From positions 1,760,001 to 1,824,000 of the forward strand of contig OZ242214.1 in assembly GCA_965206595.1 (NCBI GenBank): DNA of 64,000 nucleotides, in the 5' to 3' direction. Under the pieces are notes generated by a model. It had not been told where the DNA came from, did no database searches, and saw only the letters and a program-made list of their open reading frames with translations. Source of the DNA: Candidatus Latescibacterota bacterium. Its GTDB lineage: Bacteria; Latescibacterota; UBA2968; UBA8231. The position numbers and the translations under genes are program-made. Shown here piece after piece: positions 48,045 to 57,777 of the stretch; positions within the stretch are counted from its first letter, which is position 1, and every line of letters begins with the position of its first letter.

Positions 48045-48815
48045 CTACCGGGCGCACCAGCCTCCGTCGACTACCAGCAGGTGGCCGTGAATGTAGTCGC
48101 CTGCTGCGGAGGAGAGCAGAACCGCGGCCCCCTTGAGGTCATCCGGATCTCCCCAGCGCCCCACGGGAATGCGCTCGAGAATCGCCTGCGAGCGGAAGCT
48201 GTCTGCCCGCAGAGCGGTGGTGTTCCGGGTAACCATGTAACCGGGAGCAATGGCGTTTACGTTGACGCCGTGAGGTGCCCATTCATTGGCCAGCGCCTTG
48301 GTCAGCTGCGCGATAGCCCCTTTGCTGGCGGCGTACCCGGGAACGAGAATCCCTCCAGAAAAACTGAGCACTGAGGCAGTGGAGATGATCTTCCCGCGAC
48401 CCTGCTGCAGCATCAGCTTGCCCGCTGCCTGGCTGCCGAACCAGACGGCGTCAAGATTGACGCGCAGGACCTCGTCCCAGGCTTCTTCGGGGTGTTCCGC
48501 GGCAGCATCCCTGTGGATGATCCCGGCGTTGTTGATAAGAATGTCCAGCCGTTTCTGCCAGTCGTGGGCCACGGATACGACTTCCCGCAGCTGGCGTCGG
48601 TCGCCGACATCGCATTCCAGGGCGAGAAAACGGCCCCCAGATGCTTCGACCGCCTGCTCGACCTCGGCAAGATTGGCCCGTTCGCGGCTGATCCCGACGA
48701 CATCCGCTCCAGCTTCCGCCAGACCCTCCGCCATGGCCTTTCCAAGTCCAAAACTGGCCCCGGTCACCATGGCGACTGAGTCATCGAGACGAAATCGATC
48801 AAGCACCGATTTCAT
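48045..48815 (-). CDS. kduD: 2-dehydro-3-deoxy-D-gluconate 5-dehydrogenase-like SDR
   Basis: NNAGII.R, AS.LSF.GGI.VP.Y.ASK, NAIAPGYM.T.NT..LR.D, RIP.GRWG.P.DL. Confidence 0.8.
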   Translation of the reverse strand: MKSVLDRFRLDDSVAMVTGASFGLGKAMAEGLAEAGADVVGISRERANLAEVEQAVEASGGRFLALECDVGDRRQLREVVSVAHDWQKRLDILINNAGIIHRDAAAEHPEEAWDEVLRVNLDAVWFGSQAAGKLMLQQGRGKIISTASVLSFSGGILVPGYAASKGAIAQLTKALANEWAPHGVNVNAIAPGYMVTRNTTALRADSFRSQAILERIPVGRWGDPDDLKGAAVLLSSAAGDYIHGHLLVVDGGWCAR

Positions 48816-48825
48816 ACTTCCTCCA

Positions 48826-49938
48826 TCAGGTCTTGCTGGGGGCGCCGAGGTCGCGAACTCGAGAAAGGATATCCTCCGCGAAACTCCAGGGATCCTCGGC
48901 CTTCTCGCAATCCTTGAGCAACTCCAAGGATTGGCGCAGATCGTTTCCTGTCAAGCCGTACAATTCGGCGAAGAGCTCCAGGCGGCTGTTGTAGCGTCGA
49001 TAGGATAGGAGGCGGGCGTTGTTAAGTTCCCATTCAAGAAATCCCCGGTACCGCGAAGGGTCCGAAAACTCCAAGAGTTTTGCTTCGAACCGCCGCTGCC
49101 ATGCGCTGAAGAGGTCGGTCCGCAGGCGAAGCACCTGTTCCCGTGGCAGTTGCTGGTTGTAGAGACTGTCGAGGCCAGCGACCACCTCCTGCATGAATAG
49201 CCGGAACCGCTCGACATCGGCGCGACGAGCCCGCGCCTCGGCCACCCTTTCGCTGCCGACGCCGTAGCGTTGCTCAAGGAAGCGAAGAGAGCCGACGTTT
49301 CCGACGTACGTCGCCAGGCTTTCGTTGAAATCCGTGTGATCGGGAACGTAAATCGTAGAGTGGGTGAGTTCGTGTATGATCAGGTCCGCCAGGGCATCCT
49401 CCGGATACTGCAGCATGGTGCTGAGCACCGGGTCGGCAAAAAATCCGAGTGTGCTGTAGGCCGTGACCGGTCGCATAAGGGCGTCGTACCCGCGGGCTCT
49501 GAGGGAATCGCTTTCCGCCATCGCCAGTTCGCGCCGGAAGAATCCCTTGTAGGGTACGGATCCCACGATGGGAAAGTGCCATTGGTAGGGCTCGAAGCGG
49601 TCCGGTGGCGAGGCGCTTGTATTCCAGAGCACGGGTCGGCCTTCGGTGTCGACATAACAGCTGTAGTTGTCGGAGGCAGTCAGCCCAATGATCTCGAAAG
49701 CGAAGGCTTTTACGTCGGACACGAACTTGAGCCTTTCGACTACGGTCGCGCCAACAGATTCTTCCCGGACCAGTTCCGGGATCGGTCGGCAGTCGAGAAT
49801 CAGGCTCAACTGGCCTTTTGCGAGATGCCAGAAGTAGGGAAGGTCGCCAACCTGAAAGCCGCAGCCGAGAATGGCTCCGAAAGCGAATACCGCCACGATT
49901 CTCACCAGCCCCGGGCGGGCGTATGCGAGGAGGTTCAC
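48826..49938 (-). CDS. Putative zinc aminopeptidase (DUF2265/Aminopep family) lipoprotein
   Basis: ILGC lipobox, W.FP.VG.VPY.GF, AYSTLG.F.DP, HELTH...FNES zincin motif, NNA.L. Confidence 0.85.
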   Translation of the reverse strand: MNLLAYARPGLVRIVAVFAFGAILGCGFQVGDLPYFWHLAKGQLSLILDCRPIPELVREESVGATVVERLKFVSDVKAFAFEIIGLTASDNYSCYVDTEGRPVLWNTSASPPDRFEPYQWHFPIVGSVPYKGFFRRELAMAESDSLRARGYDALMRPVTAYSTLGFFADPVLSTMLQYPEDALADLIIHELTHSTIYVPDHTDFNESLATYVGNVGSLRFLEQRYGVGSERVAEARARRADVERFRLFMQEVVAGLDSLYNQQLPREQVLRLRTDLFSAWQRRFEAKLLEFSDPSRYRGFLEWELNNARLLSYRRYNSRLELFAELYGLTGNDLRQSLELLKDCEKAEDPWSFAEDILSRVRDLGAPSKT

Positions 49939-50077
49939 CGGTTCGGATGTGGTCCAAACTTCGGTGGCAGGCTGGAAATTGGGGAAATGGGCGAGGATCG
50001 GAGAGAGAGAACGAGGAATTCGCTCGCGAAGGCATGCTGCGGCCCGATCCCGTTAGTCGCGGGACAAGGCATCTGCG

Positions 50078-50926
50078 TCACAAGGCCTCCATTGCCCGAT
50101 CCCGGCCCGATTTCGCCTCAGCCGATTGCGGATCGACCAGCAAGGCATTGTCGAACTGCTCTAAGGCGAGCTGGGGTTCTTCCAATGCGATCAGCACCTT
50201 TCCGAGGCCGATGTAGGCATCGAGGGAGTTGATGTTGAGTTCAATTGCCCGTTCGTACCCCGCCCGTGCTTCTGATTGGCGCCCGATTTCGGCAAGGGTG
50301 CTGCCAAGATGAACAAATCCGGGGGAGTAGTTGGGAGCGGACTCGGTAGCGCTTCTGAAATGCTGTAGAGCCTCTTCCCTCCGGCCCCCTTTGAGGGCGA
50401 TTTCCCCGAGATCTATTGAAGCTAGCGGATGGTGCGGCTCGATCGCAAGAGTGCGCTCAAAGGCTGCGATCGCCTCGCCCAACTTGTTGTTGGCGAGGGC
50501 ATTGCGACCTCGAGAATAGGTGAGGAAGGTCGCCCTGCGCCGATACTTGTAGGCCAATTCCGTTCGTTCCTGCTGGTGAAACGAATCAGCTAGTCCCGCC
50601 AGGGCGTCGACGTTAAGGCTATCGATGTGCAGGATCATGCGAAAGCTTGCAATCGCCCCAACCGGTTCTCCCTTTTCGAGCTGATTCCGGCCGCGTTTCG
50701 CAAGTAGCCCGATCCGTTCCGATGGGCGGGGTGGTGACTCGCCTATCTCGTTGCAGCAGAGTAGAGCAACAGAACAAACTGGGAGTATGAAGCGGGTGAG
50801 ATTCAGGCCGTGCGAGGGAAGGTCGGGGTGGCAGTTACGTGCTGGTTGTTCGGCACCATTGGGAGTTGGTGCGCTACGGGGACTTGCGAATCTTTTCGTC
50901 GAATATGATGTTGCCCTCGGAGTCAA
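50078..50926 (-). CDS. Tetratricopeptide repeat protein (possibly lipoprotein; true start probably downstream of 50926)
   Basis: Multiple TPR units (A...LG......G...EA...F..A....P). Confidence 0.8.
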   Translation of the reverse strand: MTPRATSYSTKRFASPRSAPTPNGAEQPARNCHPDLPSHGLNLTRFILPVCSVALLCCNEIGESPPRPSERIGLLAKRGRNQLEKGEPVGAIASFRMILHIDSLNVDALAGLADSFHQQERTELAYKYRRRATFLTYSRGRNALANNKLGEAIAAFERTLAIEPHHPLASIDLGEIALKGGRREEALQHFRSATESAPNYSPGFVHLGSTLAEIGRQSEARAGYERAIELNINSLDAYIGLGKVLIALEEPQLALEQFDNALLVDPQSAEAKSGRDRAMEAL

Positions 50927-51371
50927 GGACCTTGCCGTCCTCGGTGAACTCGTATTTCATGGACTGCCCAAGGGTGAGGTGTCGCTGAACCTCGTCGAGA
51001 TCGTGATCGTATTTCTCGATCAGTTTCTCAATTGGACCTTCGAAGCTGGTCGCCTTCCACTTCGGACGATCCTTGTCCCGCTCCTTGCGCTCGTCTGAAG
51101 TCATGATCGGAAGACGTTCAGCTGCCGGGGCGAACCGGCCGGCGACCTCCTGCTGACGCCTGTATTTCTCGTGGCGTTTCTCGGATTCGCTCAGCATTTC
51201 TTCGGGAACTTGGCTCAATCCATCCGGTTCGCCGGCACCCGATGCGCGACGAAGCTCGCTTAGGCGACTCTTGGCGTCATCCGTTTCCCGTTCGAGACGT
51301 CGCTCCCGTTCCGCCTCGAGACTGGGATCGGTGCCGATTTTTCGTAGCACGGAGCGGGCAGCGCGGTTCAT
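50874..51371 (-). CDS. Hypothetical highly charged protein
   Basis: Strong RBS (GGGAGG) before ATG, coding-like codon usage. Confidence 0.6.
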   Translation of the reverse strand: MNRAARSVLRKIGTDPSLEAERERRLERETDDAKSRLSELRRASGAGEPDGLSQVPEEMLSESEKRHEKYRRQQEVAGRFAPAAERLPIMTSDERKERDKDRPKWKATSFEGPIEKLIEKYDHDLDEVQRHLTLGQSMKYEFTEDGKVLDSEGNIIFDEKIRKSP

Positions 51372-51472
51372 TCTGGAGCCTCCCTTGCGACTTTTGGAAT
51401 TGTCAGTACTAGGCGCAGGTGATCGGGACTGAGACTGCCTATGCCGTGAAATAATATAAGGTTAGCATCATC

Positions 51473-51494
51473 TTATATGCGAATTATATGCGAA
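51473..51494. repeat. Perfect 11-bp tandem duplication (ttatatgcgaa x2) in the divergent intergenic region upstream of mreB
   Basis: Read directly. Confidence 0.85.
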
Positions 51495-51773
51495 AATCTT
51501 GCCAGTTGGCGAACCCGATCGGTGTCCTTATCTTTCCGCGCCCATCGTATATGTCGAAAATGGAGGTTCCGGCGCTCCGTTTTGCACCTCCACGTAGACG
51601 CTTTTCGTGGCGAGTCATCCCTTCGGATCCCCGGAATTTTTGGAAGGGCTGCGGGGGGTGTCGGCGTTCTGCCCCGCCCGTCGGCAAACTGGAAGTCGAA
51701 CTACAAAGCCCCGAAAATTCAAACAAACGGCTGTTTTTGAAGACCGAACGCGAAGAGGAAGAGTGCAACTGCA

Positions 51774-52793
51774 ATGGCTTTCCTGAACGGATTTCTTTCC
51801 AACGACATCGGAATTGACCTCGGTACCGCCAATACTCTGATTTACGTCAAGGGCGAGGGTATCGTATTGAACGAGCCGAGCATCGTGGCGCGGCACATCA
51901 TTACGAAGAAGACCATTGCTGTCGGAGCCGAAGCCAAAGAGATGATGGGCCGTGAGAATTCCGAGATCGAGACGATACGGCCTTTGAAAGATGGCGTCAT
52001 CGCCGATTTCGAAGTCACCGAAGAGATGATTCGGCATTTTATTCGTAAAGTGCAGCGCAACAAGCTGTTCGTGCGGCCCAGGATAATTGTCTCCGTTCCT
52101 TCCGGAGCTACGCAGGTGGAGAAACGGGCAGTGCGGAATTCCTGCGAGAGGGTAGGAGCCCGCGATGTCTACTTGGTCAGTGAACCGATGGCCGCCGCCA
52201 TCGGGATCGGTCTCCCGGTCGAGCAAGCGGTCGGATCGATGGTGATAGATGTCGGTGGTGGCACGACGGAGATCGCCGTTATCGCTCTTTCTGGAATGGT
52301 GACTCCCGAATCGATCCGCGTTGCAGGTGATGAGATGGACCTCGCGGTCATCGAGTGGATGCGAAAGAAGTACAATCTGTTGATTGGCCCCCGCAACGCG
52401 GAGCAAGTGAAATTCGAGATCGGCTCTGCGGTTCCGCTTGAACCCGAAGAGGAAGCCCAGGTACGCGGCAGAGATCTTGTCGCCGCGATTCCAAAGACCC
52501 TGACGGTAGATTCCCGAGAAATACGAGAGGCCCTGAGTGAACCTGTCGAGCAGATAATAGCAGGCGTGCGTCGTGCCTTGGAGAGGACCCCACCCGAATT
52601 GGCCGCTGATATACTCGACCGCGGCATGGTTCTCAGCGGCGGTGGCGGAAAGCTGAGGGGGTTGCGCGAGCGTTTGATCGAGGCGACGAGCCTGCCCACC
52701 TATCTGGACACCGAAGATCCCCTTTCTGCCGTGGTGCGCGGTAATGCGCGTGTCCTCGATGAGTTCGATCGCTATCAGAAGGTTCTTTTCTGA
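51774..52793 (+). CDS. mreB: Rod shape-determining protein MreB
   Basis: IDLGTANT, NEPS.VA, EPMAAAIG, DVGGGTTE, GGG..LRGL. Confidence 0.98.
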   Translation: MAFLNGFLSNDIGIDLGTANTLIYVKGEGIVLNEPSIVARHIITKKTIAVGAEAKEMMGRENSEIETIRPLKDGVIADFEVTEEMIRHFIRKVQRNKLFVRPRIIVSVPSGATQVEKRAVRNSCERVGARDVYLVSEPMAAAIGIGLPVEQAVGSMVIDVGGGTTEIAVIALSGMVTPESIRVAGDEMDLAVIEWMRKKYNLLIGPRNAEQVKFEIGSAVPLEPEEEAQVRGRDLVAAIPKTLTVDSREIREALSEPVEQIIAGVRRALERTPPELAADILDRGMVLSGGGGKLRGLRERLIEATSLPTYLDTEDPLSAVVRGNARVLDEFDRYQKVLF

Positions 52794-52865
52794 CGCTGCC
52801 GGGGTACTGATTCTGCGCCTTGCTCAGGGTATTCTGCTGCCTGCAGTTCGGAAACAGGGCTGTTC

Positions 52866-53648
52866 GTGAAAGCGCTACAAGCCCACAGAAGTCATCTCGT
52901 GATTCTCCTCGCAGTAGTTCTGTCCCTGACGATGATGGGACTACCCGAGGAGTACCAGAACACAATTTCCGGGTACTCCCGGTCCACAATCCTGAATACG
53001 GGGCAGTGGTTATTCTCCAGGGTAGCCAGATATTCGCGGAGCGGGAGGAAATCCAGGTATTTGCTCGCCGAAAACGTCCGTCTCTCCTTGGAAAACATGC
53101 AGCTGCGAGAAGCGGCCGAAGAGAATCGTCGCCTGCGATTGGAGCTTGAGTTCCCACAACGACGGCCGTTCAGGAACCTGATTCCCGCCGAGGTTATTGG
53201 GCGGGACCCTGACCAGCTCTACGACACCATCGTCATCAACGTCGGAAGCGACGCGGGAATCGAGACGGGACAGCCGGTGGTGACGGCAGCGGGTCTGGCG
53301 GGCCACGTACTTCACGTTGACGACAACACCTCTACAGTTCAGTTGATCATGCGTTCCAGGGTTAGTTCCGTAGTACAGCGGGGCCGTGCTCACGGCGTAA
53401 TTTCGTGGGTTCCTGGGGGGAGGTTTCAGCTTCGATACGTCGATGCAAGCAGCATTATCGAGCCAGGAGACCGCGTCGTTACATCAGGTCTCGGCGGTCG
53501 ATATCCCAAGGGCATTACCGTCGGCTATGTAACCGAGGTCAAGGACCAGAAGGAAGACCCTCTTTTCAAGGCCGTATTCCTGCAGTCGGAAGTTGATTTC
53601 TGGGACTTGGAGGAGGTTTTCGTCATGGGTGGTATGGCCGTCCGGTGA
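52866..53648 (+). CDS. mreC: Rod shape-determining protein MreC
   Basis: N-terminal TM, coiled coil EN.RLR, AEVIGR, GD.VVTSGLGG.YPKG; follows mreB. Confidence 0.93.
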   Translation: MKALQAHRSHLVILLAVVLSLTMMGLPEEYQNTISGYSRSTILNTGQWLFSRVARYSRSGRKSRYLLAENVRLSLENMQLREAAEENRRLRLELEFPQRRPFRNLIPAEVIGRDPDQLYDTIVINVGSDAGIETGQPVVTAAGLAGHVLHVDDNTSTVQLIMRSRVSSVVQRGRAHGVISWVPGGRFQLRYVDASSIIEPGDRVVTSGLGGRYPKGITVGYVTEVKDQKEDPLFKAVFLQSEVDFWDLEEVFVMGGMAVR

Positions 53649-53769
53649 CAGGTCGATGTTTGGTTTCTCGTGGGAATCCGGTTCCAAACGGTGGAGGTTC
53701 TCTGCAGATGAAGATGCGTAAGCGTCTGAACCTGAGTGCGATAGCGTAAAACGTGAGCATTTCATTCCC

Positions 53770-53798
53770 TTGACAACCCCCGGGGGTTTGATTATTAT
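53770..53798 (+). promoter_or_regulatory. Sigma70 promoter upstream of HU with a palindrome in the spacer
   Basis: TTGACA-17-TATTAT; AACCCCCGGGGGTT at 53775-53788. Confidence 0.6.
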
Positions 53799-53954
53799 CT
53801 ATACCCGCTCCAGCTCAAGGAATTCGAATGAGTCGAGGTGGGCTCATTGGATGGGATCTGAGACCAAAAAGGCGCTTGGTGTTTCTCAAAGTATCGTGCC
53901 CTTGAAGGGTGTTTCGAGCCTTCGCGCTATAGATGAACAAAGGGAGGAGCAGTC

Positions 53955-54287
53955 TTGACCAAGGCTGAAATCGTTCGGCAGATCGCCCATGCCACTGGCT
54001 TGACGAAAACCGACACGGCAGCAGTGGTCGATGGCTTTATCGAGTCGGTGGTCGATGCGCTGCAGAGCGGAGAGCACATAGAGATCAGGGGATTCGGAAC
54101 TTTCAAAGCCATCAGCAGGGCGCCTCGAACAGGTCGCAATCCTCGTACTGGGTCAGAGGTAAAGATATCGAGGCGTCGAGCGCCCGTTTTCAAGCCATCC
54201 AAGGAACTGAGGGTCCGAGTGGAAAATAGCGGTTCCCCGACAGGAGCAAAGAAAGATGCCGTGTGGAAAGAAGAGAAAGCGGCATAA
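53955..54287 (+). CDS. hup: HU/IHF family DNA-binding protein
   Basis: MTKAEIV, IEIRGFGTF, RTGRNPRTG, P.FKPSK; strong RBS. Confidence 0.93.
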   Translation: MTKAEIVRQIAHATGLTKTDTAAVVDGFIESVVDALQSGEHIEIRGFGTFKAISRAPRTGRNPRTGSEVKISRRRAPVFKPSKELRVRVENSGSPTGAKKDAVWKEEKAA

Positions 54288-54351
54288 GATCAACACACAC
54301 AAACGCAAAAAGCGTTTGCGAAAAAATCGACACAAGAAGCGCGCTCTGTAA
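54256..54351 (+). CDS. Small basic ribosomal protein bS22-like (AURKAIP1/COX24/mS38-type), 31 aa
   Basis: MPCGKKRKRHKINTHKRKKRLRKNRHKKRAL with an aggag RBS; matches the MPxGKKRKRHK..THKRKKR pattern of Bacteroidota bS22. Confidence 0.85.
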   Translation: MPCGKKRKRHKINTHKRKKRLRKNRHKKRAL

Positions 54352-54389
54352 GAGTTTGGTCGCTTCGGTCGGAACCCGGTCGCAGCCGC

Positions 54390-54466
54390 GAGCTATTAGC
54401 TCAGCTGGATAGAGCGCTAGCCTCCGGAGCTAGAGGTCACAGGTTCGAATCCTGTATAGCTCGCCA
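54390..54466 (+). tRNA. tRNA-Arg (CCG)
   Basis: Acceptor GAGCTAT/ATAGCTC, anticodon loop ctCCGga, GGTTCGAATCC, encoded CCA. Confidence 0.97.
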
Positions 54467-54495
54467 TTTTCCCGTTTCTGAGGTAGACAGATCGT

Positions 54496-54572
<77 letters not shown>

Positions 54573-54585
54573 TTCTTTCACATGT

Positions 54586-54634
54586 GGGTCATGGGTCATC
54601 GCCCCTCTTTGGGTGAACGACTCATGACCCTTTT
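54586..54634 (+). terminator. Stem-loop with T tract after tRNA-Pro(GGG)
   Basis: gggtcatgggtc...gactcatgaccc followed by tttt. Confidence 0.55.
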
Positions 54635-54666
54635 ACCATTTAGGCAACATGCACAACGTCGGCATT

Positions 54667-54744
54667 CGGGGTGTAGCGCAGTCCGGTTAGCGCACCTGCT
54701 TCGGGAGCAGGGGGTCGGCGGTTCGAATCCGCCCACCCCGACCA
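54667..54744 (+). tRNA. tRNA-Pro (CGG)
   Basis: CGGGGTG/CACCCCG acceptor, loop ttCGGga, GGTTCGAATCC, CCA. Confidence 0.97.
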
Positions 54745-54748
54745 TCGT

Positions 54749-54784
54749 AATACTCCTGCGATCAGAAATGATCGCAGGAGTATT
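54749..54784 (+). terminator. 16-bp perfect hairpin with GAAA tetraloop after tRNA-Pro(CGG)
   Basis: aatactcctgcgatca-gaaa-tgatcgcaggagtatt. Confidence 0.6.
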
Positions 54785-54852
54785 GGTTCCCTCTCTCAAG
54801 GGGGTGGGGCCCAGAAGAAATTGCCCCGAAATCGTGTCATCGGGACCGACCA

Positions 54853-55806
54853 TTGCCTGATCGCGTAGAAAAACGAGAAACGATTGTAATTGCAGGACCT
54901 ACTGCAGTGGGGAAGTCAGCCCTTGGCCTCCAATTGGCGCGGGCTTTTAGTGGCCAGATCATCTCCGTAGACAGCCGTCAAATCTATCGTTTCCTGAATA
55001 TCGGTACTGCCAAGCCGACACGCGCAGACCAGGAGCAGATCGCCCACCATTTCATCGACATTTGCGATCCGGACGAACACTACAGTGCAGGCCGATTCGC
55101 TCGCGAGGCGCGGCGCCTGATTTTGGCGCTTCACGACCTGGGGGTTATTCCGATAGTGGTCGGGGGATCTGGTCTTTATCTGTCAGCCCTCGTGGACGGA
55201 CTGTTCGAGACCGACATCCCCACTTCCGATCTCAGGAAAACTCTGACAAGGAAACTGGAAAGAGAAGGCCTTCCAAGTCTCCATCAAGAGCTGGGCAAGC
55301 TCGATCCCATCGCCTATACCAGCATATCCCCAAAGGATGCCTCCCGTACCTTGCGGGCCCTTGAGATCTCCCTCGGGACCTCGGTAAACCGGTCGCAACA
55401 CTTGCGACAGCATTACCAGACAGGGCTTGCAGATGCACCGATGATGTTCGGTTTGTGGCGTGACCGGGAATCCTTGTACCGGCGGGTGAATGACCGCGTC
55501 GATGAAATGATGGCCAAGGGATGGATGCTTGAAACCGCCAAGCTACTGGAAACGGGACTCACTAAATCAAGTGCAGGTCTCGGATCACTCGGGTATGAAG
55601 AACTGGCCCGTCATCTTGAGGAAGGAACCAACTTGACGAGAGAGGTTGAGGAGATTAAGCAGCGCTCCCGCAGGTATGCTAAGCGCCAAATTACCTGGTT
55701 CAAAAAAGACCGGCGCCTGCGCTGGCTCGATCTCAACCGCCTTGGGCAACAAGGGGCGTTCGATCGAATCGCAGCTCAGGTGTTCTGGCGTCGAGGCTAC
55801 TGCTGA
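54853..55806 (+). CDS. miaA: tRNA dimethylallyltransferase
   Basis: GPTAVGKS, DSRQIYR.L.IGTAKP, VGGSGLY, LGY.E, R.YAKRQ.TW. Confidence 0.97.
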   Translation: MPDRVEKRETIVIAGPTAVGKSALGLQLARAFSGQIISVDSRQIYRFLNIGTAKPTRADQEQIAHHFIDICDPDEHYSAGRFAREARRLILALHDLGVIPIVVGGSGLYLSALVDGLFETDIPTSDLRKTLTRKLEREGLPSLHQELGKLDPIAYTSISPKDASRTLRALEISLGTSVNRSQHLRQHYQTGLADAPMMFGLWRDRESLYRRVNDRVDEMMAKGWMLETAKLLETGLTKSSAGLGSLGYEELARHLEEGTNLTREVEEIKQRSRRYAKRQITWFKKDRRLRWLDLNRLGQQGAFDRIAAQVFWRRGYC

Positions 55807-55837
55807 AACGCCAACCAATTTTCAGGGGACGGTAACA

Positions 55838-55865
55838 TTGACACAGAACTTGGATTCCTTATCTT
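55838..55865 (+). promoter_or_regulatory. Candidate sigma70 promoter for tRNA-Gly
   Basis: TTGACA-16-TATCTT. Confidence 0.45.
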
Positions 55866-55966
55866 AACCCGTTATACAACATAGAGTTGGCTTCAATTGG
55901 CAGCTGTCTCAATATCCTTCTTGCCGTTGTTAGATTTGCGATGGTCGTTAGGGAGCCTCTTTGGGA

Positions 55967-56041
55967 GCGGGAGTAGTTCAGGGGTAGAACGCAAGCTTCC
56001 CAAGCTTGATGTCGCGGGTTCGATTCCCGTCTCCCGCTCCA
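55967..56041 (+). tRNA. tRNA-Gly (CCC)
   Basis: GCGGGAG/CTCCCGC acceptor, loop ttCCCaa, GGTTCGATTCC, CCA. Confidence 0.97.
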
Positions 56042-56367
56042 TTTTTCCCACCGAATCACTTCATTCGAGCGACGACCCCCATAGTAGGAGCTGCGCTGAT
56101 CGAGCTGGCCAAGGGACTCAAGCGGTTTGATTTCGGGCTCCCTGTCTGGGTCTCGCCGGGACAGCTTTCCCGTTGCCAGTGAATCTGGCCCGGTCCACCC
56201 CTCGCCCGCTCCCCATAAACCGTCGATACTGGAGGGGCGGCCTCGTCAGGTCGCCCGAAATCTTCCGCATGGGGGCAAAATCCGATCGCCCGTGACACTC
56301 TACCGTCTCGCCCCACTTCTCTGGCAGGTGTTCGGCCGTGGTTGATGCACTGGGTTCAAGGTAAACC

Positions 56368-57777
56368 GTGATTTCAGTCAAGGACATCGAAAAAAGTTCG
56401 CTCGCAGCGCGGGCAGGCTTTCGGTGTGGAGACCGCATTTTGGCGGTAAATGGGGAGGAAATTCGCGATCTCATCGACTTTCAGGTTCACAGCGCGGATC
56501 TCCAGCTCCTGTTCGAAGTAGAACGCGATGGGGAAATTTATACCGTCGAGGTCGACAGGGTGCATGGCGAAAATATGGGGATCCACTTCGATGAGATGCG
56601 ACTCAGGCGTTGCAACAACAAGTGCATGTTCTGTTTCCTGCATCAGATGCCGAAGGGCTTGCGGCGCAGTCTTTACTTTGAGGATGACGACTACCGGTTG
56701 TCCTTTCTACACGGATCGTACGTGACCCTGACGAACATGAGGGATGCCGATCTCCACCGCATCATCGAGCAGAGACTATCGCCCCAGTACATCTCCGTTC
56801 ATGCGACCGATCCTGAGCTCCGGCAGCAGCTTCTCGGCCGCAGGAAACCAACCGTCCCGATACTTGACAGGATTCGACTGCTCGCAGAGCAGGAGATTGA
56901 AATGCATGCACAAGTCGTAATCTGTCCCGGGATAAACGACGGGGCGCACCTAGAGCGCACCGTCCGTGACTTGGCCGGATTCTATCCGGGTGTGCGCTCA
57001 GTAGCATTGGTCCCGGTTGGGCTGACCCGTTTCCGTTCTCACTTGCCGAGGCTGCGGACGGTTACTCCAGAACTTGCAATCGAATACCTGAATGCTGCTG
57101 AGACTTGGGGTTCGCGGTTTGTCAGCGAACTCGGAGAGCGCTTCATCTATGCTGCCGACGAGTTTTTTCTGCTCAGTGGACGTCCGCCGCCGCAGGTCCG
57201 TTACTACGACAGTTTTCCCCAGATAGAAAATGGCATCGGTATGGTGAGAACGTTTCTCGATCGTTGGGAACAAGGAAAGTTCTACCTCCGAGATCTTGCC
57301 GTCCGGGGTGATAGTTGGGGGATCCCAGTGCGAATGGCCTTGATAACCGGAACCTTGGCGGCCAGGTTTTTGGCTCCCGTCGTCGACGAGCTGAAGCGCC
57401 TCGCCTTACCCCAGGCAACTCTTGTTCCAATCGAAAACGACTTCTTCGGGCACGGAATAAGCGTTTCCGGCCTCCTGACGGGTCGAGATATCATCGCCGC
57501 ATTGAAATGCAGCCCGTATGATCTGGCGATACTGCCTCCGAACTGCATTAACGGGGATGGCCTGACGATCGACGATATGACAGTTGCCGATCTGCAGGCT
57601 GCTACAGGAATCCCGGTCTCGATCGGAGAGTACGATCTCGCTCGCGGACTGGGCAATCTTCTTGGGAAGGGTAGTTCCTCGGCGGTGCGTTCATGCGGCG
57701 ACGGCAGGCAGCTGTCCGAGCTCGGCTTTTTCGTCGGGTCCGGCAAAGAGGCGTGGCCCCGGGAAGATGAGCGGTAA
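56368..57777 (+). CDS. DUF512 / PDZ-containing putative radical SAM Fe-S protein
   Basis: N-terminal PDZ-like segment, CNNKCMFC, DDDYRLSFL.G.Y.TLTN, Q.ENG.G, N.FFG..V.GLLTG.D; commonly next to der. Confidence 0.9.
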   Translation: MISVKDIEKSSLAARAGFRCGDRILAVNGEEIRDLIDFQVHSADLQLLFEVERDGEIYTVEVDRVHGENMGIHFDEMRLRRCNNKCMFCFLHQMPKGLRRSLYFEDDDYRLSFLHGSYVTLTNMRDADLHRIIEQRLSPQYISVHATDPELRQQLLGRRKPTVPILDRIRLLAEQEIEMHAQVVICPGINDGAHLERTVRDLAGFYPGVRSVALVPVGLTRFRSHLPRLRTVTPELAIEYLNAAETWGSRFVSELGERFIYAADEFFLLSGRPPPQVRYYDSFPQIENGIGMVRTFLDRWEQGKFYLRDLAVRGDSWGIPVRMALITGTLAARFLAPVVDELKRLALPQATLVPIENDFFGHGISVSGLLTGRDIIAALKCSPYDLAILPPNCINGDGLTIDDMTVADLQAATGIPVSIGEYDLARGLGNLLGKGSSSAVRSCGDGRQLSELGFFVGSGKEAWPREDER

